Source: Lepidodermella squamata (Eukaryota > Animalia > Gastrotricha). Taken from it: a stretch of 64,000 nt of DNA. This document shows positions 36,534 through 48,971 of this stretch, in pieces. How positions within the stretch are numbered: the stretch's first letter is position 1; each line of letters starts with the position of its first letter. The stretch is taken from NCBI GenBank assembly GCA_047495785.1, contig JBLDXI010000033.1, forward strand, positions 248,001-312,000, given 5' to 3'. Below the pieces are notes generated by a model. The model ran no database searches. It worked only from the letters and a program-made list of their open reading frames with translations, and was not told the DNA's origin. The position numbers and the translations under genes were made by a program.

Positions 36534-38088
36534 TCAACGAGCAGCGCCTCGTGACTGAAGTAGAAACACAACTTCTGGTCTTTTCGAAATTTTCGCAAGA
36601 TCCAGCAATGTCCTGCCAGAGTCGTTTTCAATTTCCAGCAAATCTGGCCTCACCTCCAGGAAGTACTTGACCACCTTCGTCCAGCCCCCCAACGCAGCGA
36701 CAGAAACCGGCGTATTGCCCTCGAAATCTCTCGCCTCCACATCGGCATTCGTCCTCTCACAGAAAAACTTCACCAGCTCTAAATGTCCCTTCCTAGCCGC
36801 GGCGTGAAGAGGCGTCCTACCTAAACATCCAACCGCATCGACGTCCGCCTTTCGAGCTTGGGCGAAATACTCCACCAAAGCCAAATGACCACCAAGAGCA
36901 GCTAGATGCAACGGCGTATCGCCTTCCTTATTCTCAAGCTCTAGCCAGTATGGTCTCTCATTTAGCAGATAGTCTACTAAGCCAACATCACCAGATTTGT
37001 AAGAAGCTAGATGGATTGCGGTAGATTTGGTCGATCCATTAACTGTCGCATCCAAATTGGCACCAAATTCGACCAAGAATCGAACAACATCAAGTCGGCC
37101 GTACTCGGCGGCTAACAACAAAGGAGTTCGACCGTATTGACCCCTTGCCTCGACGTCAGCCTTCGCCTTGATTACAAGGTACTCTACAACATTGAGACGA
37201 CCATGCGCTGCTGCTCGGCATAACGGCGTGTCTCCTGATCTATCTGTAGATTCTAAGAGATCTCTGAAGTTCATGAAGAAGTGAAGAATGTCAACATGAC
37301 CATGCTCTGCAGCTACATGAAGAACTGTCGCGTTTGAAGAATCTCTGGAATACACGTCAGATCTTAATTCCATAACAAGATACTCCACAAGTTCGAGATG
37401 GCCGAAAATGACGGCTTCAAATAGGGCAGTGTATCTGTGGACATTGTCACTCCTATGCTCGATGAGAGGTCTAAGGCACGTGAGCAATTTCGTTTGGCTT
37501 ACAGAGATCACTTCATCAGGAAGCCGGGAGACAAGTTCCGAGACAAGCATTCGCAAAGCGGCAATGTTCCCCTTCATCGCGAAGAAGTGCCACTGATGGG
37601 CTCGATTCAGCGCCTGGTGAAAGACATTAATTGGGTCTGTGGTGAGAAACAGGAGTAGCTTACCAAATCATTTATGCGTCTTCTGATCTCCGGTTCTTTC
37701 TGCCACGAGAGGACCACATTTCGCAGACCTATTTTCGGGAAGATCTCTCGAAGCCTCTCTTCGGTGTAACATCGCAGTTGTCCAGGGGTGATCATATGGT
37801 CTATTTTAGGGGTAATAGCTTACCATATGGGACTTGGAGTATGAATCATCACTCACCTTTCATCGTTGATCTTATGATGTCTTTGTACTCGTCTGGGATG
37901 ATTAGGCTATCCGAGATATCAACGACAGAACCTAGTTCGAATTCCATCTCGTCAAAGTTGGCAGGGATTTCCTCACTGTGTTGTTCAGCGAGCATCTGAT
38001 TGTTCGACTTTATGTCGCCTTCAATTATCTCGAGATAATGTCGCCATTTCGTGCGGGTGTTTCTGTCGCAATCCATGCGGGGGTACAT
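36534..38088 (-). CDS. Ankyrin-repeat protein, 3 exons (38088-37857, 37800-37664, 37613-36534)
   Basis: About 8-9 ANK repeats (GDTPLCRAAAHG, GRTPLLLAAEYG, GDTPLHLAALGG, GRTPLHAAARKG). Upstream exons splice in frame through ~50-56-nt introns. Confidence 0.9.
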
Positions 38089-38549
38089 ATATTTTTGCCG
38101 AATCGCTCTATGTATTATGGCTCAGCTGCCATTTTTTTTAGCATACTACTTTGCGTCCTTTTCTATATCACGTAATTTTCGAATTACGACGGCCTAAGTA
38201 ATTGCTGTTGTCAGCTTCTTTAGGCGCGCGCCTATAAGCAGCCGCAAATCGATCTGCCAACTATCCTTATTTCCGTCTTATAATAGTGGCGCGGGTAAAT
38301 GAGAGAAAATTGGCCAGCGAAAGTAATGAAAATTGCATTATCGGTCTCCGGCGTACAACATGGTATATACTTTCCCAGTAATACAGGCCCTTATATAGGC
38401 AACTTAATGACTGTGATCTCAAGCGACTTGTATAACCTTGTTAATGGTACACAAAGCAAATCGGGAACCACGATTCAGCCTATCTTTTGAATGACAGCCA
38501 TGTTAATCAAGGATTTCCTTTATTCGTTCCCATCATATTTATCGGGCCT

Positions 38550-40044
38550 CTAATCAAGCCGCCAATGAGACGCAATGTTCAAGACATAACAATAAACGCA
38601 GTCCTTAGTTGTATCGTTCTGAAGATAGCGACCAGTGTTTGTGCTGATCAATTTCACGGCTGATTTTTTGGCGATGGCATCAGCCAGGTCGTTCGGAGGC
38701 GTCAGCCCAGAAGCAAATACTGAGCTTAGCTTGACAGGGTGTACATAAGGCAGTGACATGTCGTAGACCTCGCCAATTGGTTTCGTTCGAATGCCACCAT
38801 GCGACCAGTCTTGCCCGGCCAAGCTCAGTAGTTGGACATCTTCTTGGCGTAGTAAGGCGCAAACAGACGTTCCAACTGCAAATTCCAGCCATACCCCATG
38901 CCTGATCAGATAGTGATATAAAAGTGATAAAAGCTATATAAAACCTTACTTGGCCATCAATGTGAAGACTTCAGAAAAATATGACCATTGTGATTTAGCT
39001 ATGTAGAAAAAATCCCCTCCGCTATGCAGAATTCGCCGAGGACCGAATGTACAATCAGCAGCGTTTTGATGCGCCGTCTGCCAGAATTGAGAGCCAGACA
39101 CAGCTAACGAATCAAATTCGTCGAAAAACGATACAAGCGCATCCTTGTACACTGAAGTATAGAACCAGCTCGAAGAGTTTCCGCAATCAACTGAATTATT
39201 CGAGCTCAACCCGAGACATCCACCGCCCTAAATCAGATAATTTTTTCACCAACATGGTTATGTACACCATGGTTTACCGTGTCAACTTGGTGAATCACTA
39301 CAGCCTGTGTTACTTCGCGAGGACGCTGACCTGGGTAATGACTCATCATGAACCAGTTTTTATCCACAGATCTCAGATCAGCAGGCCCGCCCCAGTTCCA
39401 GTAGTTGAGCATAACGTCATCAGCTGCTACTAATATCCCGTCAAAATTAGCTTGCCATATTGCATTGAGAGCTTGATTGAAGCAAATGTATGCTAGTTCA
39501 CCGTTGTCCCATTTTGGCTTCGGGTATGTCACAAATTTGAACTCTTCAGGCAGGGAGAGTTCCGGTATTCTCTTTCGAATAATTCTCCAGAGTGGCCAGA
39601 AATTCGATTCATCTCCAGACTCAGGGCCGCAAAACATGATACCACCGAAAATTCTAGAATAATCAAAGGTTCCTCTTGGTAATTAACCGATATCAAGACA
39701 ATTTACCCTCGATAGAGCGCGTAATTTTTGGCTGCTGTAATGTAGAGTGGGTCGTTGAAATATATGACAAGCAAAACTCGACTCAGCTGTAAATGGCTAG
39801 TGAGGTTTTCGTTCTGTCGTGCGAACCATTTTCCTTTCGAGACGTTGTCGTCAACAAGGGCCGAGCATTCAGGCGAGTTTTGTAACAGGTCGCGGCATTT
39901 ATCCTCGAAATAATTGCTGCGTCGTGCTTCCTGATTTGTTACCAGATTCGAGTTGTAGGGCGAGACGAAAAGGTAAACCGTGAAAAGGCTACAAGATATT
40001 AAAAGCAGGACTCTACACGATCGTTTGATTGGTAATGAAACCAT
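38550..40044 (-). CDS. STELLO/DUF288-like type II membrane glycosyltransferase, paralogue 1 (multi-exon)
   Basis: N-terminal TM anchor. LLVIYFNDPLY..LYR, IMFCGP, GELAYICF and FDGILVAADDVMLNYWN (acidic metal-binding motif) match the STELLO/DUF288 C-terminal pattern. Confidence 0.75.
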
Positions 40045-40216
40045 TAGGAAAATAAAAAAAATACGGTGAAAAGCATACGTTTCGACTAACACGTCGTGTG
40101 CCTATTTCATGAATGAAATGAAATAAGCGATTTGTAGTTTATTGAGGTCATCACCCATGTTACACGTTAAACGCAAAATCATTTTGTCTCATTTTGTAGA
40201 TGATTGCTTTTTATTT

Positions 40217-41761
40217 TCAGTGAATCTCTTTGTTTTCAAGCAAGTCTTTCAATGAGATGCTGAGAACATGACAAAAGACGCAGTTTTTGGTTGTGTCATT
40301 CTTAAGGTAGCGGCCAGTATTGCTGCTGTGTACTTTTATTGCAGACTTATTGGCGATAATACCCATCAGCTCCTTTGGATACGCCAATTTTTCTTGGAAA
40401 ACCGAGCTCAGTTTGATTGGATGCATGTAAGGCAGTGTCATGTCGTAGAGTGCGCCTATAGGATTCACTCGAATCGGACCATTAGACCAGTCTTGCCCGG
40501 CCAAGCTCAGCAATTGGACATCATCGGGCTGGAGAAGAGCGCAAACAGAGGATCCAACTGCGAGTTCGAGCCATACCTTGTGTCTGAAAATCCAAAATAA
40601 AATCAAACTACATTCAAAATAGGGAATAGCGATTTGTTACTTTGCCATCAAATTGAAGATTTCAGCAAAAGAGTACCATTGCGATTTCGTAATGTAGAAA
40701 AAGTCGCCGCCGCTGAACATCACACGTCTCGGACCGTACGTTGCATTCAGAAGGTTTTGATGAGCCCGCTGCCAGAATTCCGAGCTGGAATTGGCTAGCG
40801 AATCGAATTCGTTGTAAAAGGATGTCAGCTCTTCTTTGTACCGGGTAGTATACACCCAGTTTGATGATTTCTCGCAATCGACGGAATTATTCGAGTTCAG
40901 GCCAACACAACCCCCTCCCTTTTATTTTCATAGATTGGAGAAGATGAGATGCTATGAATTTTACTCACCGAATCAACTTGATGGATGACAAAGTACCTTG
41001 TGACATCTCTTGGCCGCAAACCAGGGTACTGCATCATCATAAACCAGTTTTTATCCAGGCTTCTTTTCACATCATTTGGCCCGCCCCACTGCCAATAATT
41101 CAGCAGAACGTCATCAGCTGCGACCAATATGCCATCGAAATCAGCCTGCCAAATCGTGTCCAGCGCTTGGTTGAAGCAGAGGTAAGCCGATTCGCCGTTG
41201 TCCCATTTAGGTTTGGGATAAGTTAAGAATTTGACACGCTCCGGTAGGGATAATTGTGGCATTTTTTCGCGCACCACTTGCCATAAAGGCCAGAAGTTTG
41301 TCTTTTCGCTGTCTTCAGGGCCGCAGAACATAATTTCACCGAATATCCTGTAAAAATCTGGAATGACTATCTACTCGACATTTCTATTGAGAATCTTACC
41401 TTCGGTAGAGTGCGTAGTTTTTTGCCGCTGTAACGTATAGAGGATCGTTGAAGTAGATGACAAGGACAACACGACTGAGATCCAAATGAGTTCTCGAGAA
41501 GTTTGCGCCCGTCGGGTCAATCCATTTGCCGCGAGAAACGTTGGCTTTAATCAGCGAAGCGCAGTCACCGGGTTCTCTCAGTAATGCTCTGCATTGCTCT
41601 TCGAAAAAGTTACTTTCAGACCATGCTTTTTGGGTTATAGACGAGAATAACGGACTGTTCAACCCTATGTTCTGAAAGATGAGTACATAGATGGCAAGTG
41701 AACAGCTTAAAGCTAGCGGGGCTATTGTGATTCGGAAACGATCCAAGGTCACAAAAGTCAT
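40217..41761 (-). CDS. STELLO/DUF288-like glycosyltransferase, paralogue 2
   Basis: Same motifs and exon layout as 38550-40044 (VLVIYFNDPLY, MFCGP, GILVAADDVLLNYWQ). Confidence 0.75.
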
Positions 41762-42065
41762 TTTGAAAGCAAAACCTTTTAATGTATTGGCCTCTTTAGA
41801 GCAACCTTTTCATGCATTATTTCCAAGCGCGTGCGTTTTGTTTTTTATACAACAACCATTCACAGATTAATTTTTGAGTAGGTTTTTTCGAAATATTCGA
41901 AATAAGGACCAGAATTCGTGAATTTTTGCATAAATATCTCAAAAATTTTAAAAGGTAGGGTTTGTTGTTTGTCTAAATAAACCATTCTAAGCAAATATTA
42001 GCCCTAATATTCAAATCGACCAATTCAATGTAAACTAAATTCTAATTATTCCTTACTGATTTGCC

Positions 42066-43629
42066 ATGAAAATAAAATTACCTTTCGTCATAATTTTCAC
42101 ACTATCGTTTTCCGTTCTGAGCGTTTCCCCAGAATGTGTCACTTATCGAGATGACAGCGATCCAACAGGTCAGACAGCTACTACTTACTGTTCGCCAGAT
42201 GAGAAGACCGAATCACCCACAAGAAATGAAACAGCTCCTCGACCCCAGCTTCCTATACCCAGAGATGTTGCTGAGAGTGTGAAGTTTTTCAGATGGAACA
42301 AGCAAAGATTCAACTTGGAACCCATAAGAAGCAGGTAATTCTCCGAAAATGTCTCTATCCTTATTCCATGAATGATGTGGCATAGTACGCAACTCAACCC
42401 ATGGAAGCTTATCATTCTTATTCACGGATTTTCCGGCTCGGCAGCAACTTGGAAGCAAGCTCCTCATCGAAACCTTATTTCCGCTCTGCGATTTATAACC
42501 GTAAGCCTAAACTTTCTGAATCTCGATAAATCAAACAGCAGGACTTCTCAGCCTGATTCTGATCTGATGTTGGTCGATTGGTCGAGCAGCGCGTCGCCAT
42601 ACGGCGGCGATTGGCTCCGGTTTTGGAAGCTGGACAAACTTTACGCTGTTCCTGCTCAGAATGTCAAATTTGTCGGTTCCGTTGTTGCCGGTTTTCTGGA
42701 ATCAGAACCCCACATCGATCTAGCTACAGTCCATTGCATTGGTTTCAGCCTTGGAGGTAAGCAAGGTCCAATTCGTTTCTTAGATTACTTTGATGTATTT
42801 TCCAGCGCACGTCTGCGGTTTTGTCGGAAAGTCATTGAAAACTGGCCGCTTGGGACGGATAACTGGACTCGATCCTGCCGGCCCAGCTTTCGACACTCAC
42901 TATGGTCCTGAGAGATTGGACAAGGCTGATGCCGAATTTGTCGACGTTGTCCATACTTCGATACTAGGTGTTCTTCGAGCTATTGGTCATGTCGACTTTT
43001 ACGTGAATGACCCAACCAGACCGCAGCCCGATTGCAATGTGGAGCCTCAACCATTCGACGGGAAGATCCGGCTGAAACGGAAACGAAGGCAGATACCTCA
43101 ACAGCCGAAGTTACAACTCGGTAAAGAAATCGATGGCTGGAAGCACTTTCTGTCAACCTTCATAAAAGGCATCGATTGGGCGCATAACGATGACGTTGTC
43201 AGCTATCTAACTGGTTCGCCGAATGGCTTCTCCGGCGATAAAACTGTTGGCGAAATCGCGTTGGGTGGTTTATCCCGCCACACTTCGAACAAGGTGAACG
43301 AATTCAACGCAAACACTTGCTCGCATTATCTGGCTATCGACGTTTTCACTTCAAGCATCGTGCCGTCATGTCGCATGGAGTACTGCTCTTGTTTATCGGT
43401 ACTTTCGACCCAGCATGAAGCGTTCTTTCAACGGCAGCTTGAAGCTAATTGCACTTATGAATTCTGCAGCAATTGGCGAAACCGTTTCCTGATGGGTTAC
43501 TGGGCTACTCCTCCGGAAAATGAGGAGAAGCGCTGTTTTGTTGGGACAAGTAAATGCAACCCCTGGCCTTATAATTACAGTGATGAAGGAGAGCCTTATT
43601 TAGACGTGGACAAGATTTTTGCTGATTAA
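42066..43629 (+). CDS. Secreted pancreatic-lipase-family lipase/phospholipase A1, 4 exons (42066-42334, 42386-42500, 42552-42756, 42806-43629)
   Basis: Signal peptide, IHGF, VDWS, nucleophile HCIGFSLG|AHVCG, RITGLDPAGP (Asp), GHVDFY and CSH (His). No PLAT domain. Confidence 0.92.
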
Positions 43630-43939
43630 ATTATTGTTATTGTTTTAAATTAGAAATAAAGTTCTGCGGTAACGCAAATTCTATTTTATTGATTTCAGGA
43701 AAATCGCACAACGAGCTATAAAAAGAGGTAAAGGAACTGGCAGGTTTTTATCTATGTTTTCACGCTTAGTAAAATTGTCGTAGAAGAAGTTGTCAATGGT
43801 GCTATGCTCTAATATGCGATTCCTGTTAGAAAGCTATGATTAAACTGTCATCTGTATCCACATATTTTACGTTTTGGCGAAACGAATGCCGATGAATTTT
43901 ATTGTGACATCAAATTGTCAAACGGGCCTCGAGCGGCTA

Positions 43940-44792
43940 TCAGTCATCAAGATCATCATCTTTCACGCAAACTTTTTCACACTGTTTCTTAGTTGAAAAT
44001 CGGTTTTCGTTCCCACCTTTGCAACCAGGCAAATTACCCTAAAGGTTAAACATTTACGATGGAATTTCAATTTAAGGAAGCCATACTAAATAGGGAAAAG
44101 AAAAGCATTCTCGCCACTCTTTGTCGTAGTAGTAGCTCTTAGGGACTGAACGATCGACCGTGAGCTTCTTTAGACAAGTGCCTTGTTTGAGTGGAAGAAA
44201 GCACTCCCGTGGTCGATCATTGTCCTCATTCGATTCTTGCACGCTAGTCTCATTATCGGCGCCATCATTGTCTGGTTTTCGCGGTAAGCAAGTCTTTTCA
44301 CAATCACTCTGTGTATCGAAATGATAACTTCTACGCCCAGAATTCTGAAAATGATTAATTGTTATCCCCTATAGTCCTCGAGGTTTGACACTTACCGCAT
44401 TGTATTTGCAGGAGTATGAAGACGGTTCCAAAGTCCAGGCATAACTAGGCAAGCTAACCGCACAAAATTCCACGAACCAGACTTTGCATTTGTCAGGTAT
44501 AGGCCGGCATTCTTTAAGACACATTGCTTCTGTCTTGAATGCGTTCTGACTGGTCTGCTCGCAGGTCTGTAGATAAGTCATCCTCAAAATAATCAGAAAT
44601 GGTAAGATACTGGAGTCAACTCACCGGCTGCTTCTCGCAGTAGCCGAGACTCGGATTGTAACGCCAAGCTGTACCGGTTTGCTCGCAACTTAATTCATAA
44701 TCAGGCGTGGTACAGTTGGGTGAAGGCTGACTAGAAATAGCTGCCGACGCATGGGCAAGTACAATCAACAGAATCAGAGTCAAATAGAGCAT
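43940..44792 (-). CDS. Secreted three-domain Kunitz protein (C), 4 exons
   Basis: MLYLTLILLIVLAHASAA signal, CTTPDYELSCEQTGTAWRYNPSLGYCEKQP|TCEQTSQNAFKTEAMCLKEC, and terminal CFLPLKQGTC...YYYDKEWRECFSFPYL|GNLPGCKGGNENRFSTKKQCEKVC. Confidence 0.9.
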
Positions 44793-45196
44793 GATTTCGT
44801 ATTTTTAAATGCGTAATTTCACAGATGTTGAAAAGCAATTTTAGCTTCGTTAGGAAAATGAAAGTGATACTGCTGCGGAATTCTCGAAAATCAAGACTTA
44901 AATGTGTCAGCAAACCAATAAAAATCGGAATCAGAATACAACTCAACTGCAGTGTATTTTTAGGCAATAAACTGATTCTAGGAAGAAATGTTAATTTTCG
45001 TTACCCAAAATTGCTTTGGCTGAGCAATCCATACGAATCTGACACCTTGCACCACGATAAAAATTATAGTAATTGTTTTATGTTTCAGGTATCTTCACAG
45101 CGATGGAAAGTTTTTCGAAAAGAAAACCTAAAAAGCAACTGCGAAATCTACTACAGATAATGATCAAGCTTTTAGGCATTCTGACCTGAGCGCTCA

Positions 45197-45345
45197 CCTG
45201 ATGGGTTACTGGGCTACTCCTCCGGAAAATGATGAGAAGCGTTGTTTTGCTGGGACAAGTTTAATGCAATCCATGGCCCTATAATTATAGTGATTATAGT
45301 GACGAAAGGGATCCTTATTTAGACGTTGAAATGTTTGTTGATTGA
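45197..45345 (+). pseudogene. Duplicated 3' fragment of the lipase gene
   Basis: cctgatgggttactgggctactcctccggaaaatga.gagaagcg matches 43488-43630, with indels. Confidence 0.85.
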
Positions 45346-45634
45346 ACTATTTTTTTTAAACCAGAAATACAGTTTTGCGTTTATGGTTAGTACAAATTCA
45401 TTTCAAAGTGGTTAACATTTTGCATTCAATTTTTTACCAACGTCAGGAAAATCAATAGAGCTATCAAAAAATAACAAAGGCAGCTTTTCGGAAACATTTC
45501 ACGTTTAGTAATAAATCAGAAGAAGAATTTTATCATGTTCAAGTACTGCTTTATTTTGTAATTGCTGCTTTGAAGCTATGACTGCCATTAAACTCGAAAG
45601 GGCCCACGTCAAAACAATGCGTGCGATCCTGTTA

Positions 45635-45801
45635 CCGTACTGCCCGAATTAAAAACCATGACATTTATTACTTTCGAATGCTCGACCCAGCGACCGAAGT
45701 TTACCGGCTCACGGAGAAACGTTCAGAAAAGAGGGTCCTAAAATTGAAATACCCCTACCCTGACATTTATTTGAGGCTGACATTAATTTCGGGCAGTACG
45801 G
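45635..45801. mobile_element. Tc1/mariner-pogo-type MITE, 167 bp
   Basis: TIRs CCGTACTGCCCGAA / TTCGGGCAGTACGG, TA on both sides. Confidence 0.85.
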
Positions 45802-47215
45802 TAATTGAAAGTCGAGGATCTTTTCTTTGTGGCCTCGAACTGGGGTGTAATGTCATGGGCGCCAGATGTCCTGTTGATTCATCAATTTCTTGGAGGCCTA
45901 AAATCATAGTCATACCTAATTTAGGATAGACTGCTTATTCACGAGAAAAAGGGTTCTACGCCATGGGCGCCAGATGGTCAGCTGATTCATCAGCGCTTGG
46001 AGGAAAAGTAAACAAAATATTCGATTCTGTTTTTACTGGTTCCGTGACGGTTTCGATTTTCCCAAGGGTTTGGTTGATGGATCCAGACAGAGGAAATCAC
46101 GAGGAACACGTTGGTTATTTTTTCGAAATTTTTGAAGGAATTTCACTGGTTTTATAAACAAAAAACGGTTTCGCAGTTATAAATAAAAATATATTTCATG
46201 ATCATTTAAATTGAAATTGAAGCAGTTTTTTGGTGGTCCAGGTATCCCACATCGTGGTCCACATTTCAATAATTGGAGCGACCTTCGATGATTTTTTACT
46301 GATTTTCCAGGAATTTTGGAAAAAAATCTCAACCTCCAGCTATTTCAAAACTGGAGGTTTCCAGTTGGAATCTTTGTTGACAGCACGTGCGCCACACCCA
46401 CATGGCGTAGCTGGAAAAAGATTGTAGTAGGGCCTTTTTACTGATTTTCTGGGAATTTTAGAGAATTCAGCCCAGAAAAAACAATGCAAAATTACTGAGG
46501 ATTCAATCCTGAACCTTTTGTGTGAGCACGTGTGATGGAACCACATGGCGCAGTTGGAAATAATTCAGCGGAGTGTCAATCTCAAAAATCAATGCAATAC
46601 CATTCGCCAAAGATTTTCGAAATTCCCAGAAAATCAGGAAAAAATTAACCAAGATCGCTCCAAGTATCAAAGCGTAGCTCTTGGTATGAAGACTCGATTT
46701 TACTCAAAAAGTCGCTCAATTTAACTTTTTTGAAGCTGTTTTCATGGGTTGTTTCCGAATGCAAAAAAAACATATTTCCTCATTTTTCACAGTTCCTTTA
46801 TTTTTAAAATTAAGTAAAAAATGTCATCGTGTTCCTCTTGAAGAGATCTATCTGATAGCATGTCGTAGTTTTATTTATGTAGGCCCTCCGCCGGCCGGCG
46901 CTATAGGCACATATGGTTAACATATATAACGTGAAACATATATTGCCCCCATGCTATTTAGGGCTCGTAACAGTGATAAATTGAGCATGATCATAGGCAG
47001 TTCATATTTTGCAGTTTTATGTTATATTATTTTTGTTTTTCAGATTTTTGTCGATTTTTTGTGGCTTTTTGTGCGTTTTTGTAGAAAAGTAGAAAAAGGC
47101 GATCGTGAGTTCGGGCTCGTTGCACCCATTGAGTGGGTCTGAAAAATATCGAGGTTTGTTAGCGGCAATTAAGGGGCTTACGGGCAGGGCAGGGCTGTTC
47201 CAGCTCATGAAGACA

Positions 47216-47287
47216 AGGCTCAGGTTCAGAAAGGCTCAAGGCTCAAGGGTCAGGCTCATGACGGCTCAGGCTCAGGCTCAGGCTCAG
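47216..47287 (+). repeat. (GGCTCA)n imperfect tandem repeat
   Basis: ggctcaggctcaggctcaggctcagg. Confidence 0.8.
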
Positions 47288-47416
47288 GGCTCTGTAAGGC
47301 AAGGCAGGGATAAATTCATTAACGGTTAGCTTACGTGTTATTTGACTCGAGAGGGGCTCAGGAGGGCGAGGATCACAAGGGCACCTAAAGGAATACAGGG
47401 AAACAACAGGCTCATA

Positions 47417-48284
47417 TTAGCTTTTAGGGAAAATGTCGCATATGAGGCGGCAGGGCTTGGCCGGGGCATCAATGCAGTCTCGCAAGTGCCATGCTGGACA
47501 GTGCTTCTCCAGCATTCGGAGGCCGAAGGCGTCGGGCTGGAAGCTCGCAACGTAGGATATGTAATCCTTCATTCCGTTACTTGCGTTGAGGCACCTCGTG
47601 GCGTACCGCATCAGTTGATGCTCAAATATGTCGCTGATAGCTTCCACGCCAGCTTCGACGACAACACCGAATGGGTCGCACTCAATGGGCAGATCCAAGG
47701 CAGCTTTCAAGCCGTGGGCCTGGAAACCGAACAGGCGTAGCTCGGACGACTTGGGAAGACAGTACCAAGCTGGTGAACCGTAGGTAAGTACACTTTCAAT
47801 AAGGACTTTGCTGAATAGAAGGCAGAGGTCACTAGGGACAACCTTTCGTGCGGCGATACCTCGTAAGCATGCAGCTCGCGGTTTAATTTTCGCTGAGAGC
47901 CGATCAAGATGACTCTCCCACGAGAGTTTCGAAGTCAATGTGATTCCGAGGTACTTAACCTCTTTCACTTGCGGGATTCGCACACCACCAATAGACAATA
48001 GGACGGAGGGGGAGGAGGCGCCATGATGACCGATTATAATACACTCGCACTTTGTCGGGTTGAGGTCAAGTCGCCATCTAGCACACCAGGTTTCTGTCGA
48101 ACGTAAGCGAGACTGAAGCCGCGAAACACATTGCTCATAATGGAGCCCCCATGCCCAGTTTGCAGCGTCATCAGCATAGGTACCGGTGCCCACGATTTTT
48201 CGGCCGTCGTCGGGGTTGACTCTAAGGGGCTGCATATCTGCGCAGTAGAAGATGAATAGAAGCGGGCTCAAAGGGCTTCCCTGA
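47417..48284 (-). mobile_element. 5'-truncated non-LTR retrotransposon (RT C-terminal half, still open)
   Basis: QGSPLSPLLF, YADD, WCARWRLDLNPTKC, VKYLGITL and LTYGSPAW. The frame starts abruptly at the QG motif. Confidence 0.92.
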
Positions 48285-48454
48285 TGGCATTTGATTCTTC
48301 ACAATGCCACTTTTCATCGCTAAGAAATAAATGGAGGAAATGTTAAATTTTCCGATTTCAAGAAATTGATGAATCAGCAGGACATCTGTGGCGCCCATGG
48401 CGTTACACCCCTTTTCTCGTGAGTAGACATTCTTTACTGATATCTGATATTACT

Positions 48455-48580
48455 TCTATGATTCTTGCACGCTAGCCTCGTATAATCGGCGCCATCGTTT
48501 TCTGGTTTTTGGTGTAAGCAAGTCTTTTCTTAATCATTCTGCGTAGTGAAATGGTACCATCGCCTCTCGCAAGTCTGAAA
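48455..48580 (-). pseudogene. Isolated degenerate copy of a Kunitz-gene exon-3 fragment
   Basis: gattcttgcacgctagcctcgtataatcggcgccatc...gtaagcaagtcttttc matches 44232-44325. Confidence 0.75.
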
Positions 48581-48635
48581 TTGATTTATCAATGTTTTCA
48601 CGCTTAGTAAAATTGTCTTAGAAGAAGTGGCGAAT

Positions 48636-48793
48636 GAGGGTTATTTTCGAAGCTCCCTTTATCATAAAGTCGACTTTATGACGTCGATAACAAACGTTTT
48701 TCTAAGTCGAACCACAGTAGTTTTTGCAAATCTGCGTCATTTTGACGTCATCAAGTCGACTTTATGATAAAGGGAGCTTCGAAAATAACCCTC
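48636..48793. mobile_element. 158-bp near-palindromic MITE with 3-bp TSD AAT
   Basis: Perfect TIRs GAGGGTTATTTTCGAAGCTCCCTTTATCATAAAGTCGACTT. AAT flanks both sides, and the paralogous empty site at ~43793 has a single AAT. Confidence 0.92.
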
Positions 48794-48971
48794 AATGGTG
48801 CTATATGCTCTAATTTGCGATTCCTGTTAGGAATCTATGATTAAAATGCCATCTGTATCCACGCATTTTACGTTTTGGTGAAGTTGAGATGAATGCCATT
48901 CAATATTTATTGTGATATGAAACTATCAAATAGGCTTCAATCAGATATCAGTCATTAAAGGAACACGATCC

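Larger units (their letters stand above)
45938..48423. mobile_element. Non-autonomous TIR element (TA flanks) carrying a nested LINE fragment
   Basis: tcacgagaaaaagggttctacgccatgggcgccagatg is inverted at 48357-48423. An extra partial TIR-like copy lies at 45842-45895. Confidence 0.6.

Noticed and set aside
47105-47740. Plus-strand ORFs with AQAQAQ
   Set aside because: They are translations of the (GGCTCA)n repeat and the antisense shadow of the RT.
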